Origin: Tubulanus polymorphus
Lineage: Eukaryota > Animalia > Nemertea
DNA length: 64,000 nucleotides
Assembly (NCBI RefSeq): GCF_964204645.1
Contig: NC_134028.1
Span: 3,658,001-3,722,000, forward strand
Direction of reading: 5' to 3'
In this document: piece by piece, positions 40,301 to 55,400 of the stretch
Layout of the letters: every line of letters begins with the position of its first letter
Numbering within the stretch: the stretch's first letter is position 1
Translations under genes and position numbers: made by a program
The notes under the pieces: generated by a model
The model's input: only the letters and a program-made list of their open reading frames with translations
Told to the model about the DNA's origin: nothing
The model's database searches: none

Positions 40301-43184
40301 TAATTCTGTACTTTCATCAATCGAAACGATTTGATATTTCGTTTAGAAAACCGATTTAGAGAACATCAAACAATTCTATATAAATTATCGATAAATTCCG
40401 TCGACAATTTTAATGTGATTTCCATAATGTTATGAATCATGAAATGCTTTCATATTTGTTTCTAACCGATGGAATAATGAAATAACCAGTGGACGGGGTT
40501 TCTATCGCTATTCTGTTATCGCAATCAAGCTCGATAATCTGCATACCTCGACCAGGGAAGTGTAATTACACTTCCCTGCCTCAACAATGCAGAATGAAGA
40601 TGATAAGGTAACAGTGAACGAGATTTGCCGAGGGTGGAAAGAATTACTTTCGCCGCAAACGAGTTTCATCAATAGAATTTTGAAACGGATTATGTCGTTG
40701 CTTTATGAAACTGTAACCTAAAAAGGCTGAATTACATCATCGTTTCGTTTGGCTCCGTTGCTGACACACCCAGTTCGTATGAAGAAACATTCTCAATTCA
40801 ATTTATATGACGCGCGTGCATTTTGGTACTAGAATAATCTAGATTGGTACTTTCGCGGACTATATCTCTTTTTTGTTAGAACAAGGTCTCGCTGTGAATT
40901 CATTAATATGCGACGTGCAATATCTATCATTAAAAAAGCAAATATTGCGGCAATAATAGATGACTCGAGTGAAGAGTAAACCTTATGATGAGTGTTTAAC
41001 TTTACAATTGTAGCCGATGTTTTAATATGTTAAAATTGTACAAAGCTAAACAAACACGTTTATGTTGACGTAATCGATATTCTAATTATGTGCTACCCCT
41101 AATCACATTCAGCGTAATTAGTTGGCAAAAAGGCAGGTGCTTATCATATCGGAACTGACAATCATTGCGAGTCGAATCTAAGATCTTTTGAGAATGTCAA
41201 ACGAATTTTTGATATCGCGCGAATCAATGATACCTAACGTAATTTCCTACGTTTCGCTCAGTGCATCTTTGCAAGCTTCATACATTTTTCATCACAGGGT
41301 TTAGTGCGGGTAGAAAATCGTACAAACCACCAACGACGTGGTAGAAAAAAGACATTTCCAATATATACAGCACGACGGATATGCGCGTCGCAGGTTGTTT
41401 TTTTAGACGAGGGTGATAAATGGGAAGTATTCGATGGCACGGTCGCTCTGACTCGGTTGTTGATTCAGCGGATTCATATAATACTAATTGCTGTTTATTG
41501 TCACTCGCAATCTCAAAGGAATAATACTTAGCACTCACATTTATTGCATTAATACCGAGTGAGGTTTGGAGGTCCTGATTTGTCTGCTGGTGTTTGAGGG
41601 AGAGCATTTTTTATTTAATAAAGCAGATGTCAACTATATGACACCGTCATATTTTATAAATAAATGATATTTCGATAATACACATATACATATTATATCG
41701 TTGTTGTTCGAGAACTCTTAGAGCAACATGGCGGACATTTTTGTTAACTTGATTTAAGTATGATTTTGGCTCGTTTTCACTCGAAGAGATATCACAATAA
41801 GTCATATTTCGAGGGTCTATATCTGTTTATCTCGAGGACGGCGGGATTTGTTTTGTACGAAAGCACAGTTTCCCACTTCAAACACCTGAAGTACCTCTCG
41901 TTTTCAACCCGGAAGTGTTTGACGATTCGCCGTCTTGACATCATTTCACGAGACAAAATTCATATACGTTCATGCACATCACGCTGATATAATATCAGAT
42001 TAATATTTCTGCGGTTCGGGTTGAAGCGATGTAATGAAATTTTCTACTCGGAAAAACATATCTTGCCGGTATAGTTAAAGGTTCGATGCGTAGTAGAATC
42101 GATTCGATAAACGCGGTATCTACGCCTGGTGCTGCAGCCAGCTGACGATCGCGTTCAGTCAGTCGGAAGCTGTACACGGTACACTCTTGCACAGGCCGTC
42201 ACCACCACCGGTGTATTCCACCTAGAAATCAACGGGACAGCCGCGCCACGACAATATCGGATGAATCGCGCCAGTAAAGGTACGTACATTCGGCGTTCAT
42301 ATTACATACAATTTACATACAAAGACCGGTCGATTCCCATTGGCATGCCTTTTTATCTTGAATGTCTTAAATCTGTAAATACGATGCGTTATTCTAACTG
42401 CTGAATTTTCTCGTGGAGCTGATGAGATTTCGATCGTAAATAACCTTTCCAATGTGTTTCATAGTAAGTAAGTGTATGATCATCTCCTTGTTACAGGAAA
42501 CAAGACCGGTAAAGTTGATAACAACAAACTTACTAACATGTGAAATATGTACTTTTTGTGTTTGCTCGATAAAACTCTTATAAGCATTATATATAATTCT
42601 CTATTTCACAACTCTCTTGAGTTTAAGTCGTAGCTTCATGAATAAATTGCTCAGCTTTTCTTAAGTAAAATCTTCCAGTTACTTTTTGCGCCGCGTAGCG
42701 ATCAAAATTGAATTTTCAGCGGCAATGTAGGATAGGCATACGCTTCGTGATTGGGGTAATTGGGAAAATTGGAGAGTTTTGTGGCAACTACAGACGGTAG
42801 CAAATTATATCATAAGGAAATAACAACAACATATACAACCTATAATTTATGATCGCCCTAGATTCTGTCGATCTATTATCTGTCGGGATGGATGTTGTAA
42901 ACTATAGTCGGATAGCTGTCCGAATACTCAATCATAATTTTCATGTTTTATTCCATCTGGTACGAACGGGCCTTAATATCTAAAAGATAAAATGACGATA
43001 TCCCGCAATACCAAATTAATACACAATTTCTAGTAAATTAAGCATTGCTGGATATGACAACTAGTATACGTCGAATGATCTACTAGTTCAAGGAAACATT
43101 TAACTCATTTGTCTTTCGTTTTGTGGGATTTTATGATATTTTGATATTTCTTTATTCGTCAAAGTATTACATTACTTGTATGAC

Positions 43185-43326
<142 letters not shown>

Positions 43327-46196
43327 CGGCTGGACACACGATATTAAAGGTGTCGTTACAGGAAACCGCTTTCTTTCACTAAACATCCTAATTAGGTGTC
43401 TCCCTGTTCTTATACTCAGATTGTGGGATCCAGCACTCAATAAATCATTGAATTCAAATAGACAAATAGAAAGGGATTCAGTCGAAAATATTGTGGAAGT
43501 AAAGCATTTTTTGCTGCGTTGTATCGCGTATAGCACTATTAAGTATGATACTCGTCCTCAATTTGGTAGTTGTATTATCGTAACAACACGGAAAAAGTGT
43601 TTTGTCAAGGTTAAAACTGCAGCTAATTGATTTGTGTAAACTCCTAGCTCTTACCCGTTTCATTCCTGATGATGCTCATGGAACGTATTGTGAATATATA
43701 TATATATAAATTGGATCTGATAGAACGATACACAGACTAATCGTGTTACATTTCTTGTAGTTAATTTGATTAATCATAGACCGTTCTACGTCTAACGATG
43801 CCCTATATATCATCAGGTGATCGTCAAAACAACTGCTTTACTTCTTTCGTTGTTATACTGAATGAAGTATAGCAGGTTAGAGCATTGGGATTTGCGGTGT
43901 TCGGTCAAAGAAGGACGGGTCTCCAGATATGTCCTCACTATATATTCTTTATTTACGTAAACTGTGTTACATTCAGTACTAGGCCATACCAGAAACAAAA
44001 TACGTTAATTGCGCATGATTCCCTTATTTATGTCATTGTATTGTACACGATTATTTGCCCTAGCAATGTTAATTTGGTCGAACAAACACGATAAATCCGG
44101 GCGCACTTAACTTAGTAAAGTCGTCTTGTTTGAATACTTGATATCAGAAGATAATGTGACGTTGGTAGACGTACGTTTTCGATAAGACTATTTTTATCGA
44201 TAATATCTCTGTATCAGCGAAAAAGATATTGGGAAAATGATTCATAATCACGCCATCGTAATGACGTCTATTTTGATTTTCTTTCCCAATTTTCCGCCTT
44301 CCATTCATTTAAAGGAATCGCGGTTGACATTTTAATGCGCCTATATGAAAACGGTAATGTCTTCTTCGGATTAATCGGTGTTCGTGAAATCTGCTGTAAA
44401 AGCCACAGCTGGTTAATGTATCCCGGTAGTTAATATCGATATTAACAGAATATCATAAAAGTTCAACACTTCTGTTTCATAATTTTTTCTCGTTAACCGA
44501 AATTAACGGACTGAATAGCAATTATTCGTAGCTACATTTTCATTAATAGAATTGTGAGATTTGATTTAAATATCGCCGACGACCTGATGAACATATGGCA
44601 ACTATTCGAGTGCAGAGATTCGATATAAAGGCGAAATACATGTAACGAATTATTGAATCGACCTCACAGACCTCATAATACTGAAATTCATCGACGTAAA
44701 ATTGACGATTGAAGATTTCCTGAAAATTGAAATATATAAGCATATGTTATTAGCTTTTAAATCGTTCTAGAACGTGTAGCGCAATTTTCGATACACCGGA
44801 TATGAAATAGGCACCTTTATTAAATTAATAAACGCGTCGCAAAATTGAAGAAAAAAAATCTTAGACAGCTGAATAACAGAAATAGCTTAATTTCGATTGA
44901 TATATGAAATTAAAATCATTCGCACCAGAAGCAAATATACGTGTATGCCTTCAAATACCGCGTGCACCTGAACAAATCAACCCGACTTACGATAACTAAT
45001 CATTCATTTATTTTCTGTTATATCATATTTGTAACTGGTCGTTTGATACCAGTGATGCATTGCGCATCGTGTGACGAATACGACTAAGGTAACTTTGTCT
45101 ATCTTTGTAGTAATAGTTAAATCTGAACTTGCAGCAATGATATCCTAGCGTATAGTTAAGCTATCTTGTTCATCCACTATATGATCTTTGTTGATATCCT
45201 ATTTTGTTACCATTTATATCAATATAGGTCTCGTATACGAAGGGCGTTTTTCATGCTGTAACGACAGCTAGGAATAAACAGGTAGACTTTGTCTGGAGGT
45301 GTTTTCTAATTTACAATCCGTTTTCCCGTACGCTTCTTGAAGCACCGTTCGTTCATCCTGCAGGGTCTTCGCATGCATATGCATATCATAATTCCACATC
45401 CGACTCATCCATCACTTAGCTGCTATGACACTCTTGCTCGCAGTCGTATGCATTCCGACAAGGGCTCCGTACTACGGTCTCTTGGCGGCTGATGGGAAAT
45501 TGACAATTCCGATAACCGTTGCAGTTGAACAAGCAGTGACAATCTTTCCCGATGAATACGTATCCAATTCAACTGTTATCGGATTGCAGTGGAATCTTTC
45601 ATTAAGCCACGATCGTCGCATAAATTGCTGTTAGGAAATGCAATTTCAAGTTCATTTTGTCGCGAATGATTTAAGTATTTCGATTATAATAGAGACCGCA
45701 ATCTCAGTATCAACAAGCCAGATTAGATGTAACTTATTCTTTTTTTCATTGCGGGGAGTGGGGCTTGTGTCGATTGTCTGGAGTCGGTTAAACTTCAAAG
45801 GGAAATCTCGGTCGCTGAATCCCGGAAAAATAAGAGAAAACAATCAGTACGAATCTCCTAACAGCGATGCTCCTTCTTGTTCGACGGTAGAAATGTCTGT
45901 TAGATGAACCGGTGAAAGAGATCGATGACTGTGTATTATGTTGTCAGTGCGTTTGACGACATGATTAAATCTTGTTATTTTTGTCGGTGGGACCCCGTTG
46001 ATCATATGGCTTCATTTCTTGTTGTTTTGTCGGTCTATTTTTATTCGTTTATATCCCATCGGATCGATCAGTGTTGGTAATGATGATTTTGCGAGAAATA
46101 ATAAATCAGTTCATTCAGATGCAGATGTCAATACGTACTATCCGTGTATCAAGCGTTAGTCATAGACCGACATCTTCAACAAAAACTCAACAAAGG

Positions 46197-46335
46197 CAGA
46201 GCCGTACCTAGCATTTGAATTCATTTATTTTTCTTGGGAGGGGGCAGATAATCTCGAAAAAGGGCAGGTCTATTGGATATAACGATAACATTTACAAAAA
46301 GGCACTTTTCAAAATTTCCGGGGTACCCCCCTCCC
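46197..46335. mobile_element. Degenerate hAT-like MITE
   Basis: CAGAGCCGTACCTA...TAGGTATGACCC imperfect termini with internal G/C runs. Confidence 0.4.
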
Positions 46336-48851
46336 CCCCGATAGGTATGACCCGGTAAGGCCGAAATATGATTTTGATTCTCTTTGTGGTTCTGATATTC
46401 GTCTCACGTTTTTGAATTCTGATCTCTAAAAGCAAACAAATGGTTTCGTTTAGTTTAGTTGATTTCAAGCGTACGCGATGTTTCAGAGCTCTTTGTTGTT
46501 GTTATAACGATTCACACGTTTGCGGCAATTCGAAAAAAAATCTCATTTCGCTCCAGAAGAAAAGATTGAAGCTACTACAAATTGGCTTTATTGTACAGTA
46601 TGGCGTTTAACTTCGCCCGAAACTATCTCCTGATTACTGGTCTCGAAATAGATTTTGGCTAATTTGCGTATTCGCTTCGAATTTTATTCATATCATGAAA
46701 TATTAAGCGCGAGTTACGCCTTCTTGGTGGTATCGCGTCAATATATATAGCATAAGTCATAATAAAGCGTATTTCAGATCGCCAGGATGTAGATTTATTT
46801 ATTTGTAAGTGAACAAGAGATTCCCGTTTATAGCTTAGATGAACGTATAGCGCGTTTCCGCTCTTGTGTTCATGATTATCGCCAGTAGAAGTGGACGAGT
46901 GATATGAAGAAGTATTTGGGTCTAACGTAGGATAAGACGTGGTCGCGATAAGATCCATTTCAAGCATTCAAATGGCGTCGATATACAATGCTGCGTAGGC
47001 ACAATGCATTTAAATGTAAGTAGAGACTCAATTTCATGATATCCGCATCGCCGATAAAATCAGATGGCTTCTATTGCAATTAATCAGACGAGTATTCTTC
47101 TGAAATACTCTGTTTTATTTCATCGACGTAGGTACATAGACTCCATTCTAAAAACTCCTTCGTGCAGTAAATGTAAAATAAGCTAAGTAGAAATACACGT
47201 GCATTTCCTCGTTATTTTAGAGATTCAAATGTATACGGCAGGGGGGAAAGGGAAACCGTTCTTGATCGAGTAGTCTGGATACCGTTATTGGACGGTTTGT
47301 CTTATTAGTTAATGAAGAGAGAGAGAGAGAGGGCAGTGTTGATGAGGCTATTGTTATCAATGTTTGATTTCGAGTAATCGCTTTAATGGCTTTTAGTTCC
47401 TGTATTCCCGTTTAATTATTCAAATAGGTCGTTTTATCTCTGCCGCTTCTCTTGTATAATATCCAATTCGGGGACCCATTACATTACGTTGAAAATCTCT
47501 AAAACCGTTTGATTAGTTTTATCTTCCTCTTATCGGCGCGTTAATCTGGTATTCCCATCGCCAGGCGAGTCGTAAATAAAGTTCGAACTTTCACCTCTAC
47601 AACTCGTGGGCGCAATCAATTAATTCGTCGGTGAATATTCCGATTGATTCGTAATCTGAGAATCACAGAAATTAATTGGTCCAACGTCGTTTCGTGATTT
47701 ATTATCTTCGCCAATAAGGATTAACGATCATAAATTAGAAAGTATAATTACAGCTGTCACTGCAGTATATGACACACATTTATCTCTAGCGAACAGTGCA
47801 GCCGGTAACATATCTAAATCCATATTCTAGAAATAAATAGCGAATCACCAGGCTCTATTCCAGTTATGAATCCATCTCAGATTTACCACATGTAATATAA
47901 TATAAGAAAAGGAACACAAGCTCCTGGGAAGAATCAACTTTACCAAATGTTTTCAATTATCGAAATTTCCCTGTTGTACCTTTGATTAAAACAATGAGTG
48001 CAATTTCAAAATGTTCGGAATTTGGTGATCTACTTTGCCAATATGTAAGCTCATTATTTTCATCCCACTGAGAATATGGCCATGGTAAGGAGTTTTGGTA
48101 AAGCACAACGCGGAAAGACACAGGGAAACACGGAAACAGGAGGCAGAAACGTGTTTCCGAGAATTTCCCGGCGTCGTATGCGTTTAGGCTTCAGTGATCC
48201 TTTTTCGAATGAGCTATAGACACTGACTATCTCTTAAGCGCTGTTTTGTTGGAATGCGGGTAATCAGGTTTCCACTGTAGCAACTGAGTTCAATGGCGTA
48301 AACAAATGGTTTCAGTTTTGTTCACTGATGTTTGTTCATTTTTTACGTAAACGCAGGTAATTCAGGGTTTCGCGAAGATCGATGGTTTCCTAAGAGCGGT
48401 GAACGTGGCTTACTGAGAGATGCTGGTGCGCGGGTAATCCCGCGGCTGGTATTAGTTGGTTTCGGGTTTTTGCGTGTATTTCATCTGCCTTTTCATCCAC
48501 AAAAGAAATGATCGACCAGAAAAACGTTATATTCGAGTTATTCACCTTCGACGATGGATTTCAATTCCAAACATTCTTTATCAAGTCGTCAAATTAATAT
48601 TTCTATTTCGTTCTTAGGTATCTTATCGTGTCTGCGGGGATTTGAACGTTTAGTATCTAATCCGCTTCTTTCGACTGTTCGAATATCTCGAGGCTCTTCT
48701 TTCGACGAAAGAGGAGAGGATTATCTTATTTCTTGTCTTTTCACAGTTACGTACCTATCATTAAGTATCGTGTATCGAGGATTGCAAAGAGAAAATGAGT
48801 TTCGCGATCCTTTTTTGTCCGCAAGCTCCTTTTCATCGAGGATTTCAAGTA

Positions 48852-49079
<228 letters not shown>

Positions 49080-49900
49080 AGCATATACGAGGCGATGTTT
49101 GGTTTATACACTGCACTGCTTTGACTGCCGCGTTACAAACGTTGGGAAAAATTATCGCTATTCCCGAACGAATATTGGTCTCATTCTTTGAACATCGCTA
49201 CTGATGTACACGTAATGAGGCTAAATGAAACATGATAACTCATCCGACCGAAAAATACTTCTTACAAGCAAATATTTATAGATCCATTTTATCAACATCG
49301 TTTAACAACCCGATGCAGCCGAACATCTCAAATTAAGTCGGGCGCTTTTCAATTAGTCAGTATTATATATAGAATGGATTTTAAGTAGATCGTGTTCAGT
49401 CGTTGACAGTTGATTTCAATTCGATTAAGTATCAGAATAGAAAGTGGAGACTTTCGTCACGAATTAGACGCTGATGGATGGACTATGCGTGACCATGTTG
49501 TAACGATACCCCCATCAGCCAGCCGTGTCATACTATAGGTTAGATCAGTTTCGCAGTATTCGCAGCAGGACAAGGTTTTAGATCGTGAGTGGTATCTGAA
49601 AATCCGGGAAACATCACCTTCATGTTTATAAACGTATATGCGACGACATATGATGAGGACCATCAGTGTTGAAAATATTTCGCACATATTTTTTCTCAAT
49701 AATATAATGGCACCATTCGCCACATGCAGGAAGCATATCTTTAAATAATTTATGAGAAAAAGCATTAACCGAATGAATCAATGAAAAGCCATGAATATGT
49801 GTTATTGCAATATGATAATATAATACTATATCATAGTCCTGCGATGTCTGACCCGAATATGAGTCGAGGAGATATCACAATATCCAAGAAAGATGAAAAA

Positions 49901-50061
49901 CGAGAGAAATCTCGCTATAGATTCAACCATAAAAGAAAATTTCTTAAGTAAAATTATATATATTTCGGGCAACGTTTCGGCTAGATACTATTAGCTATCA
50001 TCAGGCGTACTGATATACCAGTACTTCTTTTTTGGCTGAATCTATAGCGGAATTTATCTCG
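49901..50061. mobile_element. Penelope-like remnant with hammerhead-like core
   Basis: Imperfect inverted flanks (gctatagattca.cca.aaaagaa / ttcttttttggctgaatctatagc). The minus strand reads CTGATGA-TAGCTA...TAGCC-GAAAC at 49974-50004. Confidence 0.5.
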
Positions 50062-52472
50062 CTGGCAGAACATTGTTAACTTTCATCGTCAACTATACAT
50101 GTCGCGCTGAGGTTTAGTCGTTAGTCATTAGAATCGCCTCGTCTGGACTAAATCGTCTTAGCGCCTTTGAAAACACACTCGCGACTGTATAATGCTGTGT
50201 CGAGATTCTGTAGAGGCTCCGTTTTCTTTGATCGTCAGAAATTGGATTTATTCCCGGGCAAGCGGCATATAAACAGCGTTCGTGATTGACTCAATCATCC
50301 TCAACTCGCAATTCCCATACTCTCTGATTTCTAACTTCCTTTTCACCTGCGGCGAGCAACTCTGACCTCGAAGACTGCGACTGCATAATTAAGATATACG
50401 CATAATTTAGATGTAACGACTAAACGTGAAAACAGACAAAGTCTTTGACATATAAAACAACATATTCCGCTCAAGATTGAAACCATGTACACAACTCGAG
50501 ATCAATTTACGAACTGTGTTTTTGTGCACGATCAAAGAGATCTGTCGGAACGATGTTTGTAACCAAAAAACCACTGAGGATATGAATTTTTTTCGTAGTT
50601 CGTGAATCATTTTGCTGCCTATGCTATAAAGAATAGATCTACTAAACACAATTATGCGCATTGCCAGTGGACTAAACAATCCCGAGTGATTAAACTACGG
50701 TAGAGCGAGATAAACTGTTTTTTCATAGGTCTCTTTTTGCTCCGTAATGAAAACAACGCCCGAATGTTTGCCCGTATCGATGATTCCCCTTGTGACCGGA
50801 CCCGCATTACCGGCCGTAGAAAAAACACTACCTTCCTACAAGCACTTACAGAATGAATATCAGAAAACCTGGCTAATATTGATGTGATGTAATATTGCCC
50901 TGGTGTAAGTCTATTCTCCTCGTATATTCTCGTTCATACCGTGAAGTGCAGTGGAGAACTGGCAGGTTGATAGATCACACGATATAATGTTGCCCTAAAA
51001 ATGTGCTGTATATATATTTGCTCGTCACCTGTCCCTACTCGCGAAGATTTACAATCTTTACCGAAACCACCAGAAAATATCCGTTTCCCAAGGCCAACAG
51101 AAATCATAGCTCCGTGGCGAAGTTAACTATGAATGAACGCTTTAATTTTCAAATATAATTTACAGCGTAGTGTAAAAAAGCATAATACAAAATACAGTAA
51201 ATTAGACTTGGAGGGCGGGGCCTGTAGAAACTAAGAAATAGTTTATATAAAACAGGTCCCTCGAAAGAGAAAAGTGAAGATGAAAAAAGCTGTCGGTGTA
51301 CGGAGAAAATATAAATGTAACGCATCGCTCATGTGATGATTATATCGGCTTTCGTTTCTTCTTTAAGGTGGACTTGAAGATCGTCCTTTACATTTTCAAG
51401 CTATGCAGTTGGCGTTTAGCTAAGAAGTGAATCAACAAGTGAATCAAATTTACATTGTATAGAGTCATCATGTGACATGCATATTTCTGCCGGGATATCG
51501 ATGCGGTTTTTGTCTGCTCTCTGTTGGGGGTGCTATCAGTTCTAGCGCACGCCGGCAAACATCGGTGATTAAGATTCATAGCAGGAATCTCATTCGTCTT
51601 TGTCTCGGGAATTTCTCTCGCACCCGTACACTACTGCTGTTGAGAGATGGTTACCGTCGGCGGCGGCAGGCGATCGACACGATAACCGGCCTTTCATTTA
51701 CAGTGTCAATCTGACACCGAAAGCAATTTTAAACGTGTTGACACTAGGTACAATATTCCGTGTTGACATCTCTTTTCTTTCTGCCATTTTCGTCGATTGC
51801 TTCCTTGCGATTATGATTATTCATCGTCGTCATATATTAAGGCCGAGTCTCGTATGCTGAAACGAACACTCTATTCGAGATTGTTCAACATTTTCACGGA
51901 CGGTCTTACCTAATTAACGAAAAATAATCGTTACGAAGGTTAATTAGCTAGGTCATTCAGGGAAGTATTAGTACACGTATCAAGTGCCTAGCCTTGGATA
52001 CAGTGACATATGTCACAAACGTAAATCAATTTTGACTCTAAAAAGTTGACTCTAAAAGTGTAAATGATTTAGTCAAGAATATAGTTTGCTTTGGCTATTT
52101 ACATTGTTACGTGCACCATATGTGTTAGCCGCTTGTCTTTGTATACCCTTCAACTGTATATCATAACACATGAGACAGCAACCATGTCTAATTCCACGAT
52201 TCCATCCTTGCATTCATATGATTCAATAAACGTTCTTAAGTAGGAACGAAATGGGAAAGCATTCTCAGCTGTCCCGAAGCTAGAGTTTTGTTACGGTAAA
52301 CTGAGAGGTGATTGAAATTGAAGTGATAGACCGAGAGTTGGTGAAATGCGCACTGTTCACGATTACTCGGTTCATGTTGCTGTTTTTCTCTGTTTGATTG
52401 TAGTTTTGAGAATGGCAGCCGGTGAACTAGTGAACGATGCCTAAGTCTTACTTCCTAACGGGCTGAAAACTG

Positions 52473-55400
52473 ATGAAGTTAATGATGAAATTCCATCATC
52501 GTTTCGTTTTCCTGATAGGATTTATGTGCGTCCTTTCCGTTATTCTCACGACGACGACCGTCCTGCAATACGTCCTTGAACAAAGGCGAACGGTGAAAGA
52601 TTTCATGAACGCCAACGCGCAGTTCATGCGCAGCTCGGTATCGGATACACATGTACTGCGACGCGTAAAGGACGATGAATCAGAAAATAACCAAGGAAAG
52701 GAAACAAACGGTGCAGCCGTTATCCCGCGTAATAACACTTTGGTATACGTTGAAGCGGCTAAATCCGTCAAAACTACCCTCCTGGACGACTCGACGGAAT
52801 TGTTCATCCGCAGGAAATTAGCTGATCAGAGGAAGGAAATTCGGGAGAAAGGTGCTCAGTTGGATCTGTACGAGTCGAGCGATGGGTAAGCACTACACGG
52901 TTAAACGGGCTTTTTTGGAATTGAATTTTCCACGAACTCAATCAAGAAAGAGATGTCCAGTTTTCTAGGCGCCATGTTGTGGCGGTGCCCCATAGATTCT
53001 TGCTGGCGATTCGTTTTTTTCGGGCGCAACGCTAGGGACCTACTCGAGGGACCGCTACAAAACATGGCACCAAGAAACTGGAAACTTAAGTCACTAATGG
53101 AAATCGTCACAATATAATACTTGATGATTTCATCGTACGTAAACTGAAATTACACTGCGCCGTTAAGAACGTGTTTATCTGATTTCTGAAGTTTGATTAT
53201 TCGGTCTCGATGATCTATCGTCCAATATTGAAAAATACATATCATAACCTTCCTCGCGTGTGAGCGAGTTATCTTCACGCTTCATCGATTTGCAGGACCA
53301 AGCTGCCATCCTGGGGAACATTCCATAACAAGATTAGCCGCTATGAATTATACAGCGAGGAATCGGATTACATCGATCGTCTCCTGTACGATATGTCTCA
53401 CAAAACAATCACGGATGCAGGTAAATCGATCGACTGCATAAACACGCAGTGCACACACATAGTTGACAAATGAGATCAAGAAAGTATGACTCGTCCAAGA
53501 CTCTACAACCACCGCTTATATAGATGCACAAAATGCATAACGCGAACCAGGTTATTCGTATCGGACGAGATCAAAAACGAATACATTCGCGATGAACTCG
53601 TGACCGTGCACGTAAATAGATGTATAATATGATTTTCACGTGTTGTTGTAGAGATGAAAGCTGGTGGGACGCAGTTGAAAGTGATGATTACATTCAGCGA
53701 TGAGGGACAAGCACTTATGAAGCCCATGAGGTATGTAAGCATTTCCTATATCATAATGGTCACGCATGTGATGTATTCAATTAACCACCACTTGCCATTG
53801 ATGATGCTGAAAAGACCAGCCATAATAAAGTGCTCCCAATCTCCCTAAATGCACGGACATGACTGTATTCACATTGACATATCTCCTATCCCAGGTTCTT
53901 ACCGTTATAAACGGTATCGGGGCTTCGATTGATTCTTGATTGAGGACAGAAAACGGATATGGTTTGACGTGTGGATTCATTCTTCTAAGGATTCATTAAG
54001 ATGGCGTTAACAAAATACGGCTGTATTGCGCCATATCGTTGCATTACTGGTTATGTCGTCTTATTGATCTTTTCCTGGTAGCTATTACTTTAGATGACCG
54101 GTAGAAAGGGAAACCACATCAAGTAGACACAAGGCGTGGACCGACTCTTATCACTCGGTCTATCAGACAACATCCTGTCTGTAATGACCGACATAAACGC
54201 GATCAACCGCGAGAACAGCGCAATCAGTCGAATTACCGTTATTGGGGGGCTTCCAACCATCCATTACACTAATCACCTCGTCTATGGTAGAGTTTTCAAA
54301 CTCGTTAGGAACATTGAAATGAGATTGCACGAAGCTACTGAATTCTCTCTTATCAATTCCAGATTTACGAGGGAAAAAGAAACGCTTCCCGATCACTTTT
54401 ATTTCGTCGATTACGAACGCCACAACGCCGAAGTTGCGGCGTTTCATCTCGATCGGATCCTCGGATTTCGTCGTGTGCCGCCGTGTGCCGGACGCATTTT
54501 CAACATTAGCCGTGATTTAGAGCAATACGCGGAATACACATTCAAAAAGACGTTTTTTAGGTCACCTGGTATGTATCCATCTAATTCACTGCGCTTGATG
54601 TCTTTTTATTAAAAAGTGAAAAGCCCAAAATGAATTCGTCATACGGGCCTTACAACAACTATCTAGCAAAACAGAACGTCAGCTCCAGTTCTTGGCACAA
54701 GCGACTTACAAATACTACGGTTCGTGCCGTTTTAACGGGTTTAGAATAAATACAACTGGCCGAAAAGTAGTTTATAGGTTAACTATAGTTTATTTGACGC
54801 ACGAGCTTTCGCTACTAATATATAGCAGCTTCATAAGGTGAATGAAGCCGACGACGCTGCCAGACACTAGTAGCGAAAGCTCGTGCGTCAAATAAACTAG
54901 TTAATCTATATAGAAATACTCGTCTCGTTGTAAGAAATACGGGTAATATCCACAGTGTTGTAAAGCACGGTACCAATATGATAATTGACATATATTTAGG
55001 TATCGGAACGGGTAAAAACGTAGCCATGGAGACCTAGTAGATTAATTATCGTCGTTTCGATCACCGGTAGTTGATCATCATAAATCGTCTGAGGATAAAA
55101 CGTTGTTTTATGATGATTTATTACCACCGTGCTTATTTCTTGATAATGGAATTGATAGATCCACTATACCGTACGACGTACAACTTTGGACTCGAGCCCA
55201 AATTACAGGTGTTTCTCACGACTGGTAGACCGATAATCCCAGTGTTTCAGAGTTAATTAACAAAACCCACAGTTGATGATTAAACCATTTATTTTCTGTC
55301 AGAAAATAAATGGTTTGATCATCAACTTTGGGCTTTGCTCATGTCTGTCATTTTGTCCCAAAATATACGGGCAATGAAATGGTTGAAAAATTACCATTGC

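Noticed and set aside
41304-42300. Fragments faintly like C1q/TNF strands (ASQVVFLDEGDK; GIYAWCCSQLT; TTGVFHLE)
   Set aside because: They are short, in different frames and have no coherent splice model, so they could be chance matches.
43666-43690. CTGATGA...GGAAC possible third hammerhead
   Set aside because: The GAAA core is not intact and there is no convincing helix II.
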